A DNA stretch of 64,000 nucleotides. Origin: Scenedesmus sp. PABB004. Its lineage: Eukaryota. Made by a program: the position numbers and the translations under genes. Positions 48,822 to 61,119 of this stretch are shown in pieces; within the stretch, counting starts at the first letter, position 1; every line of letters begins with the position of its first letter. The stretch covers positions 248,001 through 312,000 of the forward strand of contig JABVCE010000009.1 of assembly GCA_014905635.1 (NCBI GenBank), given 5' to 3'. Below the pieces are notes generated by a model, which did not search any database, was not told the origin of the DNA, and was given only the letters and a program-made list of their open reading frames with translations.

Positions 48822-51800
48822 GATGCTCGCGCCCGCCACGCTCGCGACGCGCACGGGCCCCGCGCTCGTGGTCAGCGGCGCGCCCTTGTAGCACGCGACC
48901 AGCTCGGCGTTTGTGGCCAGGTCGGGCTGCACGCCCTCAAAGACCTTCTTCTTGGGGTTGAGCTGCTCGTCCGGCTCGCCGGCAAAGCCCGGCACCGTCA
49001 CGCGCTCGCCGACCGGCGCGCCCGCCGGTGGCTCCAGCAGCTCCACCTGCAGCGGCGCGCGGGCGGGCTCAGCGCGGCGCGCGCGGGCGGGGCTGCGTGC
49101 CGCGCCGCGCGCCGCGCGCGCCGCCGCGCGGGCTGCGTCGGCGGCGCGCACCTTGCCGCTCGTGGGGCACGTGGCCGCGAGCACCATCGCCTGGCTCACG
49201 ATGCCCCGCATACCCGCGGGCTTGAGGTTGGCGACCACCACGACGCGCCGCTGCTGCATCTCCGCCTCGGGGATGTGCTTGACCAGCCCGCTCACCACGG
49301 TGCGCGGGCCGGAGGCCTCGCCGAGGTCAATCTCCTCCACTGAGCCGTCAGGTGGGCGGCGGGCGGCGGGCGGCGGGCGGCGGGCGGCGGGCGGCGGGCG
49401 GCGGGCGGCGGGCGGCGGGCGGCGGGCGGCGGGCGGCGGGCGGCGGGCGGCGGGCGGCGGGCGGCGGGCGGCGGGCGGCGGGCGGCGGGCGGCGGGCGGC
49501 GGGCGGCGGGCGGCGGGCGGCGGGGCGGGCGGGCGGGCGGGCGGCGGCGGCGGGCGGCGGGCGGCGGGCGGCGGGCGGCGGGCGGCGGGCGGCGGCGGCG
49601 GGCGGCGGGCGGCGGGCGGCGGGCGGCGGGCGGCGGGCGCGGCGGGCGGGGGCGGCGGTGCAGTGCGTTAGCGACGCGGGCCGGCGTGGCGCGGCGCGGC
49701 GCGGCACGGCCGGCGGCGCGCAGGGCTCGGCGTGCGGGGGGGGGGGGGGGGGGGGCTGCCCGCCCGGCGTGCGGCGCGCGGGGCTGCGCGCGCGCGTGCA
49801 GGGGCTGCGCACCGTAGAGGCTGTCCGCGTCCGGGTGGCGCCAGGCTTTGGTGATCAGGCCGACGCGGAGGTCCAGGCGGCTCACGTCCACCGGCCGCTC
49901 CGGCTCCTTGGCGCCGCGCGCCGCCGCCGCCGCCCTTGGCCTTGGCGCCGCCGGGCGCGCCGCCGCCTTCGCGGCGCCGCCCTTGCCGCCCGGCTTGGCG
50001 CCCGGCGCCGCGCCGCCGGCCGCCGCCGCGGCCGCCCGCGGCGTCGTCGCCTGGCTGCCGCCAAGCGCGCGCGCAGCGCCGCGACGACGTCGTCTTTGAT
50101 CTCACTGATGAGCGGCGCGGGCGTGCCGATCGCGTGCCCCGGCGCCACGAGGCCCTGCGGCGCCGCCGCGCCGGCGACGAGCTCGTCGCTCAGCGCCGCC
50201 GCGGCCGGCGGCAGCGCGAGCTGCTCCAGGATCTTGTCGGTCAGCGTGGGCATGTAGGGGCTGACCAGCGCAGCGAGCAGCCGCACGACGCCCACGCCTG
50301 CGCCCGCCGGGGGCGTGCCGCGCGCGGCGCGGAGGCAGCGAGATGACATCAGCGCGGCGGGTGTGGCGGCGGGTGCGGCGGGTGCGGCACGGTGGCAGCG
50401 GCGGCGCGGCGGCAGCGGCGCGTACCCGCGGCGACGAGCGTCGCGGCGTGCTCCGGGTCGGTCTTGACGACCTTGAAGGGCTCCGTGTCGGTGAAAAACT
50501 TGTTGCCGTCGGCGCTGACCGCCATGGCGAGCCGGATGCCGTCGCGCAGCTTCATCTGCGCGTGCGACGCGCGCGGCACGCGGCGGCGGCGCGTGTGGGC
50601 GGGTGTGGGCGGGCGGCGCGCCGGGCGCGGCGCGGCAGCGGCGCTGCAACTGCGCGCGTGCGAGCGGTCGCGGGCGCGGGCGCGGGCGCCGTGCCTTCTC
50701 CATGGCGGCGATGTACTCGGCCACCTTGGCCGACACCGACGCGCCGAGCTCCGCCGCCGCGTCGGCGCCCTTGGCCGTCGGCGCGGGCACGGCGCCGCCG
50801 AAGAACTTGACCACAAACACCAGCGCGCTGCGCGGGCGCAACGCGGCGGCGGCGGTGCGGCCCGGCGGGTGGCGCGTTCGGCGGCCGCGAACGCGCGCGG
50901 GAGCGCGGGCGGGCGCAGCAGGGGCGCGGCGGGCGGGCGGGCGAGCGCCGGCGCAGCGCCCCGGACGCCTCCCTCGCTGCACGCGCCCCAGGGACGCGGC
51001 CGCCGCGCCCCGGACGCCTCCCTCGCTGCAGGCGCCCAGGGACGAGGCTGCCGCGCTGCACGCGCCCCAGGGAACGAGGCCGCCGCGCCGCCGCCGCGCC
51101 GCCGCCGCGCCGCCGCGCCGCTGCGCCGCCGCGCGCACCGGTTGATGAAGTTGCCGAGGTTCTTCAGCAGCTCGTTGTTGCAGCGCGCCTGCGGCGGGCG
51201 CGCGGCGGCGCCCCACGGTCGCCGGCGCCCCCGGCACCGGCGCGCCGTGCGGCGCGCGCGCATGCTTCTGTGGCTGCGCGCGCGCTCGCGCCCAACACGA
51301 CACACAGCACGCGCAGCGCGCGCGCGCGCGCGCGGGCCGCGCCTGCAGGTCGGCCCACTTGAAGTCGGTGTCCTGCGCCTCGGGGCGGTTTGCGAGCAGG
51401 TAGTACCGCCACACCTCCACCGGCAGCCCCGCCTCCATCGCGTCCGTGCCAAACACGCCTGCGCGCCGCGCGCCGCCGCGGCGCGGCGGGCTCGCAAAGC
51501 GGCCGGCGTGCCCACGCCTGCCCGCCGCCCGCCGCGCGGCCGCGCCCTGCCCCTCCCCTGCCCCCCTCCCCGCGCCGGCCGCCGCGCGTTCGCTCCGCGC
51601 CCTCCGTCGCCGCGCGCCGCCGCGCGCACCGGTGCCACGGCTCTTGGAGAACTTCCCGCCCTCGTAGTTGAGATACTCGGTCACGCTGATGTTCCGCATC
51701 ATTGTCCAGGGCCCGCCGCTGCCGATGAGGCTCGCCGGGAAAATGACGGTGTGGAAGGGCACGTTGTCCTTGCCCATGAACTGCACCAGCTCCACGTCGC

Positions 51801-54800
51801 CCGGCGACTGCCACCTGCGCCGCGGCGCCGGGCGGGCGTGGGCGGGCGTGGCCGGGCGCGGGAGGGCGGGAGAGCGGGAGAGAACGGAGCGCGGGCGGGC
51901 GGGGAGGGTGGGCGGGTGGGAGGGCGGCCGCGCGGCGCGCGGCGGCGCGCACCACTGGCGCCAGTGGGGCGTGTAGTTGGCGGTGATGCTGATGTAACCG
52001 ACCGGGGCGTCAAACCAGACGTAGAAGACCTGCCGGGCGGCGCACGGGCGGCGGCGGCAGAGTTGCGGCGGGGGCGGCGGCGCAAGGGGGGCAGAGGCGG
52101 AGGCGTGCGGCGCGGGGCGGGCCGGGGCGCGGCCGGCGCCCTGCGCGGCGCCGCCTGTCGCATGAGGCGGGGCCGCACCTTGTCCCGGTAGCCCTCGAGC
52201 GGCACGGGGATGCCCCACTTGAGGTCGCGCGTGATGCAGCGCTGCTTCAGGCCGTCGCGCATCCACGCGCCCGTGGTCTGCGCGCCGCCGGCGCGGCGGC
52301 GGCGGGCGCGGGCGTCGCGGCGGTCGGCCGCGCGAGCCGGGCGCGCGGCGGGCAACGCGCCCCGGCGCCGTGCGCCGCGCACGCCGTGCGCCGCGCCGCG
52401 GTGCGCGCCTGCACGCAGTTTGCGCTCCACCCGCCCAGCTGGCTGGTAGAGTCGATGTAGTGCTGCAGGCGGTCGCTGAGCTTGGGCAGGTCCAGGAAGA
52501 GGTGCTTGGTGGAGCGGATGACCGGCTTGGTCCCCGTGAGCTTGCAGCGCGGGTTGATGAGCTCCGTCGGGTTCATCAGCCCGCCGCACTTGTCGCACTG
52601 GTCGCCGCGCGCGTCCTGCGGGCGGCCGGCCGCCGCGCGCCGCGCCGCGCGCAGGGCTGAGTTCGGGTCGACCCCGCCGCCGGGCGGCCGCGGCGGCGGC
52701 GGCGGCGCCACCGCGGCAGGGCGCGGCGCGCCGAGTGCCCACGGGCGCCGCACCTCGTAGCCGCACTTGGGGCAGGTGCCGCTGACAAAGCGGTCGGCCA
52801 GGAACTTGCCCGCCGCCTCGCTGTACAGCTGCTCCATGGTCTGGCCGAGGGGAGGAGGCGGCGGGGGCGCACGCGGCCGCGGCGGCGGCGGTCACGGCGG
52901 TGTGTGCGGCAGGCCCATCCTTCTAGCCCGGCCCGCGCCGGCGCTCGCGCGCGCGCGTGTGGGCCTGCTGCGCACCTGCTCGCTGATGTTGCCGGCGTCC
53001 CAGAGGTCCTTGAAGAGCGACTGGCAGATCTCGGTCTGCGCCCTGCGCGCGCGCGCGCGGCGGAGGCGCCCGGCCCGGCGGCCGCGCTCGGCGCGCGCGG
53101 CGCGCACGCGCGCAGGCTGCGCGGCGGCGGCCGCGCGGGCGGCCGGCCGGCCGCGCGCGCGGGCCGCGCGCGCACCGCGTGGGCGTGCGGCCAAACTTGT
53201 CGAAGCTGCAGCCAAACCACTCATACACGGCGCGGTGCACGGCGTGGTACTTGTCGCAGATCTCGGCGCAGCTCAGGCCCTCCTCCAGCGCCTGCGCCCC
53301 GCCGGCGCGGCGCGGCGCGGCGGCGGGGCGGGGCGGGGCGGGCGCGCCGCGTGAGCCCGCCGGCGCCGACCGCGCGCGCGCGCGCCCGCCCCTCCGCCCG
53401 CTGCCTGGCCGCGCCGCCCGTCACCCCCTCGGCCCGCTGCCATGACGGCCGCGGCCACCGCCGGGCCGCCGCGCCGCCGGCGACGCGCCTTGGTCTCGGT
53501 GGCGGTGCCGTACTCGTCTGTGCCGCAGATGAAGATCGCGTTGTGCCCGCGCGCGCGCGCGTAGCGCGCGTAGCAGTCGGCCGAGAGCACGCAGCCGATG
53601 ATGTTGCCGAGGTGGGGCACGTTGTTCACGTACGGCAGCGCGCTCGTGACCTGGGGAAAGGCGCCGCGGGCGGCGTGGCGTGGGCGCACGCGCCGCCGCG
53701 GCGGCGGCCGGCGCGCCGCGAGGAGGAGCTGCCGGCCGGCGCGTGCGGCCGCGCCGCGCGCGTGCGGCCGCGCGCGCGCGCACCAGGATGTTGCGCGCGC
53801 CCTTCTTGGGCAGCTTGGGCAGGCGCGCCGCGTGCGCCGCGGCGTCGGCCTCAAACACAGACAGCAGCGCGCCCGCCGGCGCGCCGGCGAGGAACTGCGC
53901 GGCGAGGCGCCGACGCGCGGCGCACCGCGGCGGGCGCGGGCGCGCCGCGTGAGCGGGGCCGGCGCGCGGCACGGCGGCGGTCATCGCGTGTGTGGGCGCG
54001 CCGCACCGTGGCCGTGCCCTGCTGCACCGCCGCCTCGCCCGCGAGCCGCGCCATGAAGCCCGCCACGCCCGGCGGCAGCGCCTCGCCCTTCTCCTGCAGC
54101 GGCAGGAGCGTGCAGTACACGGCGACCTGCGGCGGCGCGCGGGCGCGGCGCGCTCGGCGGCGGGGCGGGCACGGCGGCGTGAGCGCGGCCCCTCTGCCCG
54201 CGCCGCCGCTCACGTCTGCCAGCGTCACGCCGCTGCCGGCCACGAGGCCGCCGTGCTTGGCGAGCTGCGCGTCAAGCGCCGCGAGCGCGCCCGTCGCCGC
54301 GTCGCCGCCCTCGAGCGCCGCGGCGCGCAGGCTGCCGGCCTCCCACTGCAGCCACTGGTCCACGCACGCGGCCTGCTGCGGCGACGCCGGCGCGAGCGCC
54401 GAGCCTGCGCGCGGGGCCGGCGGGCGGCGGCGGCGCCGTCGGCGCGCGCCGGACCGTTTCCCTGCGGCTCGCAGCCGCTGCGCCGCCGGCTGCGGAGGCC
54501 CCCGGGCGCCGGCCGGCCGGCGGCAGCCCGCGCAGCAGCGGCGCGGGCGGCAGCGGCCGCCGCCCCGCGCGCGCCGGCGGCCCGGGCGCGCCGCTGCGCC
54601 GCGGTTCCGATGGCGGGGCGTGGTACCCACCTGCCAGGCAGGCGGCCGCGGCGTTGGGCTCGGTCAGCAGCGCGCCGTCCGGCGTGGCCAGCGCCAGTGA
54701 TGGCCGCCCGAACGCGTCCGCCGGCGCGCCGGGCGTGAGCGTCAGCTGTACGCCAGCAGCCGCCGCCGCGATGGCGACCTTGAGCGCGCCCGCGTCGCCC

Positions 54801-54820
54801 GGGCGCGACGTGAGCGCCAT
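48816..54820 (-). CDS. MARS: Cytosolic methionyl-tRNA synthetase with N-terminal GST-like and C-terminal EMAPII/tRNA-binding domains, about 18 exons
   Basis: [18 protein letters not shown] (HIGH), GTDEYG, CPKC/CDKC zinc knuckles, [48 protein letters not shown]. Confidence 0.96.
49354..49655. repeat. (GGGCGGC)n heptamer tandem array inside a MetRS intron
   Basis: About 300 bp of near-perfect GGGCGGC units within intron ~49341-49812. Confidence 0.95.
50957..51090. repeat. Intronic minisatellite (~49-bp unit, ~2.5 copies) in MetRS
   Basis: cgccccggacgcctccctcgctgca(c/g)gcgcc(c)cagggacg repeated. Confidence 0.8.
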
Positions 54821-55163
54821 GCTGCTGCCGCCCGCTGCTGCTCGGCGGTGCCGACCGCCCTGGCCGCTGAGCCGCCGACAGACGCCCGTGCGCGGTCCTG
54901 GCTGGCCCCCTGGCTGACAAGGGGGCGGTTTCGAGCATTTTGTGGGCTGGCAGGGCAGAAGGGTTCTGCGAGTGTGGGCGGGCGCGGCGCGGGCTCCCCG
55001 GGGCGCGCGGGCCAGCGCGCCGCTGGCTCCGGCGCGCCCACAGTTTTGGAAGTCCGTCCAACGCCCGCCCCGGTCCGTCGGCGCCCCACACACGCCCCGC
55101 CGCTGCCTCCCCGGCCGGGGCGCACGCGGCCACCGGTCCGCGGCGGGCTCGCCGGGCACCGGC

Positions 55164-57266
55164 ATGGCGGCGGCGCCGTGTGCCGCCGGGGCGCCGCCCG
55201 GGCTGGAGGCGGTGTCGCCGTGGGACGGGGCTTGGTATGATGTCGACCTGCCCCGCTCCGTGCTGGCCCCCCACCCGGGCGGCACGCGCTGGGGCGTCAA
55301 GCTGGCGCTGAGGTGGGGCGCCGGGCGCGCGCGAGGGCGGCGGCGGGCGGCGGCGGCGCCGGCGGCGGGCGCGCGCCCGCGCAAACGCGGGGGCTGACGC
55401 ACGCCTGCCGCCGCCGCCGCGCGCGCCGCCCGCCCCGCCCCGCCCGCCCGCGCGGCGCCCGCGTAGGGCCTTCCCGGATGCGGAGGGCCAGGTCGTGCTG
55501 CCTGAGGCTCTGCCCGGCCGCGTGCGCACCGCCAGCCGGTGAGCAGCAGCAGTAGGGCTCGCGCTGCGCCCAGCGATCCGCGATCGGCGGCGCGCGCGGC
55601 GGCGGCGGGCGGCGCGCGGCCGCGGCGCGGCGCGGTCCCGCCCTCACCCGCCGCGCGTTCGCGTTCGCGGCCGGATCCGCCGCGCAGGCCGCTGCAGGAC
55701 GGCGAGTGCCGGCGCCTCGTGCCGGGCGCGCGCGTCGTCGTCGCGCAGCCGCCCGGCGGCGAGCGCAAGTGCGACGTCGAGATCGTGAGCGTGGAGCCCA
55801 CGCAGCACGGCACGGGTGCGCGCGCTGCCGACGCCGCCCGCAGGGCCCCCGCCGCTGCGCCGCCGCGCCGGGCCGCCCCCGCCCGACCCCGCCCCGCGCG
55901 ACCCCGGCCTGCCCCTGCCTCCCCCGCCGCCGCCGCGGGCGGGCGCAGGCGTGGGCGAGTGCGGCTGCGTGTTTGGCGTGCGGTACGTGTTTGAGCACGA
56001 GGCGGCCGCGCGCGCGGCAGGGCAGTTCAACGAGCCCACTGCCACGGCCGTGCGCCTGGCGGACCTGCGCAGCCCGGGGGCCCCCGCGACGGCGCACCCC
56101 GCGGCCGTGCGCTGGCTCGCTGAGATCCAGGAGCGGGAGCGCCCCGCCGCGCCGCCGGCAGCGGTGCAGCAGCAGCAGCTGCCGCCGACGGCCGCCGCGC
56201 CCGAGGCGGCGCCGGTGGAGGCGCCGGCGGCCGCGCCCGACGCGGCGCCGGCGCTGGTGGCGGCCCCCGACGCCGCGGCGCTGGCGGCAGCGCCGCTGCC
56301 TGCTGGCGGCCTGGCCGCGACCGGCGCCGGCTGGGCGATCAGCGGCCAGCCCGGCGCCGCCGTGGCCCCGGGCGGCGCCGACGCGGCGCGGCAGGCCATG
56401 CTCCGGCAGGCGATGATGGCTGAGGCGGCCGGCCGCCAGGCGAGCAACGCGGCCGCGGCGGCGGCCGCCGCGGCGGCTGCCTCCGGCGGCGCGGCGGTGT
56501 GGGCGCCGGCAGCGGCCGGCGTCGTGCCGCTGGCGCAGCCGCTCGTGCAGCCGCTGGCGCAGCCGGCGGCGGCGGCGCTGCCGGGCTCGTTCACCGCGCT
56601 GCTGGCGGGCGCGATCGGCACGTCCCCGACGCCGCCGCCCCAGGCGACGGCGCCTCCGCCGGCGGCGCCGCGGCCCGCGGCGCGGCGCAGCAGCCCCGCC
56701 GCGGCGTCGCTCGCGCGGCAGGGCGGCGCCGGCGGCGCGGCGCTCAAGCGCCCCGGCGTCGACGTGGGCGCCGCCGCGCCCAAGCGCTCGCGCGCGATCA
56801 TCCCGCAGCTCACTCCGCAGCAGCAGCAGGCGGCCGCGGCGGCGATGATGGCGGCGGGCGGCCACGCCGGCGGCGGCGGGCCGCGCGGCCTCAGCGGCCG
56901 CGTGTCGCCCGGCGCTCAGCCGGTCGGCGCGGGCGCCAACGGCGCCAAGGCTGCCGCGCAGGTCGCGGCGGCGGCCGCCGCCGCGCAGCAGCGCACAAAC
57001 TTCCAGCAGCTGCAGCAGCTGCAGGCGGCGGCGATCAAGGTGCTCGGCACCGCGCCCGGCCACGCGGCGGCGGTGCAGAACCTGCAGCAGCAGCAGCAGC
57101 AGATTCAGCAGCAGATCCAGCTGCAGATTATGCGCCAGGTCATGCAGACGGGCGCGTCGCCGCATGCCGCCGCCGCCGCCGCGGCCGTGGCGGCCGCGGG
57201 CAAGTCGGGCGCCCCCGCCGCCGGCGCGGCCGGCGCGCCGCAGCAGCAGACGCTGATGCAGCAGCA

Positions 57267-57307
<41 letters not shown>

Positions 57308-57362
57308 TCGCGATGCAAGCGGTGGTTGCGCAGATGCAGCAGCAGCAGCGCGCGCAGGCGGC

Positions 57363-57442
<80 letters not shown>

Positions 57443-60400
57443 TCCGCGCGGCCGCCGCGCAGCGCAAGCGGACCGCGTCGCAGCAGAACCTGGCGGCCGC
57501 CTCGCTCTCTGCCGCCACGAACGCGGCGCAGGCGAAGCACGCGGCGTCGACGTCCCCCGGCGCCCGCGGCGCCGGCCCCGCCGGCGCCGCGGGCACGCGC
57601 GCGGCCGCGCTGGGCGCGGCGGCCGCGATCGCCGCCGCCGCGAGCAGCGGCGACGCGAGTGCGGGCGGCGCGAGCGACGACGACGAGGCCGGCAGCGGCG
57701 AGGCCGGCGGCGGCAGCTTTGCGGGCGGCGAGACGGGCGTGCCGCCCGACGCGAGCGAGGCGCAGCGCCGTTACTTTATCGACAACCGCCAGGGCAAGCC
57801 CACGCGCTGGCTGCGCGGCGAGGACCACGGCTTCCCGCGCGGGTGGTTCATCCTCGAGCGCACGCGCGTCACGGGTGCGGGCCCGCCCCCTGGCCGGCCT
57901 CCGCGCACGCGCCGCGCGCACCGCGCCGCGCGCGCCGCGCTCGCCCGCGCGCGCCCGCCCACGCCGCCGCGCCGCCGCCGCGGCCGCGCGCGCGCGCCGC
58001 CGCCCGCCAGGCGCGAGCCAGGGCACCAAGGACCGCTACTACCTCGGCCCCGACGGCCGCGTGCTGCGCAACCGCCACGAGGCCCTGGCCAAGGCCGACG
58101 ACTTTGGGCGCTTCCAGCTCCTCGTCGACGCCGCGACGTCGGCGCACGACGTGCTGACCTACGTGCGCGCCGCGCCCGCCGCCGCGCCGCGCCGCGCCGC
58201 GCCCGCAGCGCCGCGCCGCGCCCGCAGCGCCGCGCCCGCCGCACCCGCCGCGCCGCGGCGGCGGTCCCGCCTGTGCGAGCGCGCGCCGCCGCCGCCACCG
58301 CCGCCGGCGCAGGTGCCCGAGCCGGCGACCGTGCTGGAGGGCGCGGACCTGATCGCGCACGCGGGCGCGGTGCAGCACGGCGTGATGGCGCGCCTGAACG
58401 AGCACAACACGCTCACGCACGCGGTGCGGCGCGACGGTGCCAGCGCGCCCGCGCCGGCGGCGGCCGCCGCCGAGCGCGCTGGCTGCGCCGCAGTTGCCGG
58501 CCACGCCCGACACGCGGCGCGCCGCGCGCTGCTGCGCCGCGCGCCCCGCAGACGACCCTGCTGCTGCGGCTGTCTGACATCTGCTCCATGGCCACGATGC
58601 ACAGCGCGCGCGCGCTGCAGCTGCTGCCGGCCGCGGCGGCGGGCCTGTACGATGCCGCGGCGGCGCACGTGGCGGGCCACGTGGCGGAGGGCCGCGTGGA
58701 GCCGGAGCACGGCGCGCAGCTGCTCGCCGCGCTCGCGGTGCTGCTGGAGGTGCCGGGGCGCGAGGCCGACGCGCAGGCGCTGCTGTCGGCGGCCATCGCC
58801 GGCGCGGCGGCAGCCGCCGCCGCCGCCGCCGCCGCCGCCGCGCCGGTGGACGCGGCCGAGGCGGCGGCGCAGCCCGCGCCGGCGCCGGCGCGGCGCGCAC
58901 CGGCGCCCGCGCCCGCGGCGGCGCCCGCGGCGGCGGCCGCGACGCCGCCGCCGGCGCCGGCGCCGGCGGCGGCGGCACGCGCGCCGGGCAGCGTGCAGCT
59001 GCAGCAGCGCGGCCGCGCCGGCAGCGCGGGGCGCGGCGCGAGCCCCGAGGCGCGCGCGCGGGCGGTGCAGGAGAGCATCATCAACCGCGTGAAGGGCTGG
59101 TACGGGTGCAGCGCGGCGCAGCTCAACGCCTACCTGGAGCAGCTGGTGCGGCTCGAGGCGCAGCTCGCGGAGGAGCGCTCCGCGGTGCTGTCGGCCGCCG
59201 CGGGCGCGGCGAGCGCGGCGGCCGGCGCGGTCGCGGCGGCGGCGGCCGAGGCGGCCGCGGCCGCGGCCGCGGCCGCGGCCGCGGCCGCGGCGCCGGCCGG
59301 CGGGGACGCGATGGACGTGGACGGCGCGGCGTCCGTCGCGGGCGCCCGCGCGGCGGCGGCCGCGCGCGGCGCGCGGCTGCTCGCGGCGGCGGGGCGGCTG
59401 CCGCCGCTGCAGGCGCAGCTCGTCGCGCAGCTGGACGACGCAGCGCTCGTGCTGCACGCCGAGATTGCCAGCATGGCGCCGTATCGCCTGCACCTGACGC
59501 AGGCCAACGCTTCGCGCGTGGCGGCCATCCTCGCGCACCTCGGCCTGCCGCGGCTGCAGGACTGGCCGCCGGGGACGGGCCCGGGCCCCGCGGCGGCGCA
59601 GGCGCAGCCGCAGTCGCAGGCGCAGCCGCAGGCGCAGCCGCGGCCGGCGGCGCCAGTGGCGCAGCAGGCGGCGCCGCCGGCTGTGAAGCTCGAGGCGCCC
59701 TCGGCGGCGCAGCAGTCGGTGCCACCGCCGGCGCCCACGGCAGCGCCTCCGCCGGGGCTCGTGCAGCAGGAGGCGCAGCAGGCGCCCCCGGCGGCAGCGC
59801 CCCCTGCAGTGCCTGAGGCGCCAGCCGCTCCGCCTGCAGCAGCGCCCCTGGCGGCGGCGCCCGCAGCAGCGGCACCCCCGGCGGCGGTGCAGGAGGCGCC
59901 AGCCGCCCCGCCTGCCGCGGCCGGGGGCAGCCTGCCCGCGGCGGCGAAGCCGAGCGAGCAGCAGCCGCCGGCGGAGGTGGTCAAGAGCTTGCCGCCGCCG
60001 TCCCCAGCTGACGCGGCCGTGCCGGCGGCGGCGGCCGCCGCGTCCGCCGCCGCCCAGCAGCAGCAGCAGGCGCCGGGCGCCGCGGCACCGCAGGTGGGCC
60101 CTCCGCGCAGCTCCCCGCCCGCGCTGGCCGCGGCGCGCGGCGCGCCGCCGGCGCCGCCGGCGGGCGCCGGGGAGCTGCCGGTCGCCCCGGCCCGCGCCGG
60201 CGCCGCGCCCGCGCCCAACGGACCGCCTGCGCCCGCCCGCTCCCTGCCCATCATCGACCCCATCGCGCACGGGCAGGCGCTGGTGGCGCAGATGATTGGC
60301 CAGCTGCGCGCGATGGTCAACTCGCCGGTGCTGAGCGACGCGCAGCGCGAGCAGCTGCGGCGCGACATGCAGGAGCACCAGGGCCGCGCCGCGGCGGTGC

Positions 60401-60624
60401 AGGCGGCCGCCTGCGCCGCGGCCGCCGCCACGGCGGCGGCGGCGGCGGCGGGCAGCGAGGCGCAGCAGCAGGGCCCGCGCGGCGCGGCGCTGCGCCCGGC
60501 GGGCCTCGGCCTCGGCGGCGCCGCGCCCGGCGGCGCCGGCGGCGGCGGCGGCATCGCGCCGGGCGGCGGGCTCGCACGGCCGCAGGGGCCCGCCGCGCCG
60601 GAGGCCATCGTGATCGACGGCTGA
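55164..60624 (+). CDS. Large chromatin protein with N-terminal SAWADEE domain, polyQ region and MBD-like domain
   Basis: LEAVSPWDGAWYDV...VRTASRPLQDGECRRLVPG...QH....CGCVFGVRYV (SAWADEE pattern); FPRGWFILERTRVTGASQGTKDRYYLGPDGRVLRNRHEAL (MBD pattern). Confidence 0.78.
57258..57441 (+). repeat. CAG microsatellites encoding polyQ tracts
   Basis: Two long CAG runs in the SAWADEE/MBD gene; similar tracts at about 17604-17655, 22557-22612 and 46200-46233. Confidence 0.9.
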
Positions 60625-61119
60625 GGCGTGCGGCGGGCGCGGCGGGCGCGAGCCCCGGCGGCGGAGGCAGGCAGAGCCCTGGGCGTGCGCTGTGCAGTTG
60701 TGAAGTTGATCGGGGGTTTGGATCGACGGCGACAGTCTCGCTGGACTCCGGCTGGAGGCGGCCGACGGCGGCGGTTCTCCTTGGACCGCCAGCGGCGGCG
60801 TGTGTAGGGGCGGCGGTGGGCGGCGCGTGGCGGCTGCCTGTGGCGTGGCGCGCGTCTGGCCGAGCGTACAGCAACAGCAGCGAGGCGCTGCGTCGCCGGC
60901 GCCGCCTCCCGGCAGCCCTCAGTCGCCGCTGCAGCGCGCGTCAGAGTTCTCGCACCTCCCCCAACAACAGCGTCCGAGCGAACCGTCGCTCGGGCGGCGT
61001 CAGCCGCTGCGCCCTCGTCCAGCCCGCGCATCGCACCTGGCGGTTTCCGCGCCTGCGCCGGGAAGCCTGCCCCAGCGCGGTCCGGCAGCTCGAGGGAGCT
61101 CCAGCAGGCGCCTGGCGCC

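Noticed and set aside
49354..49655. CRISPR array or telomeric repeat
   Set aside because: No unique spacers, no cas genes, and the unit is not TTTAGGG-like.
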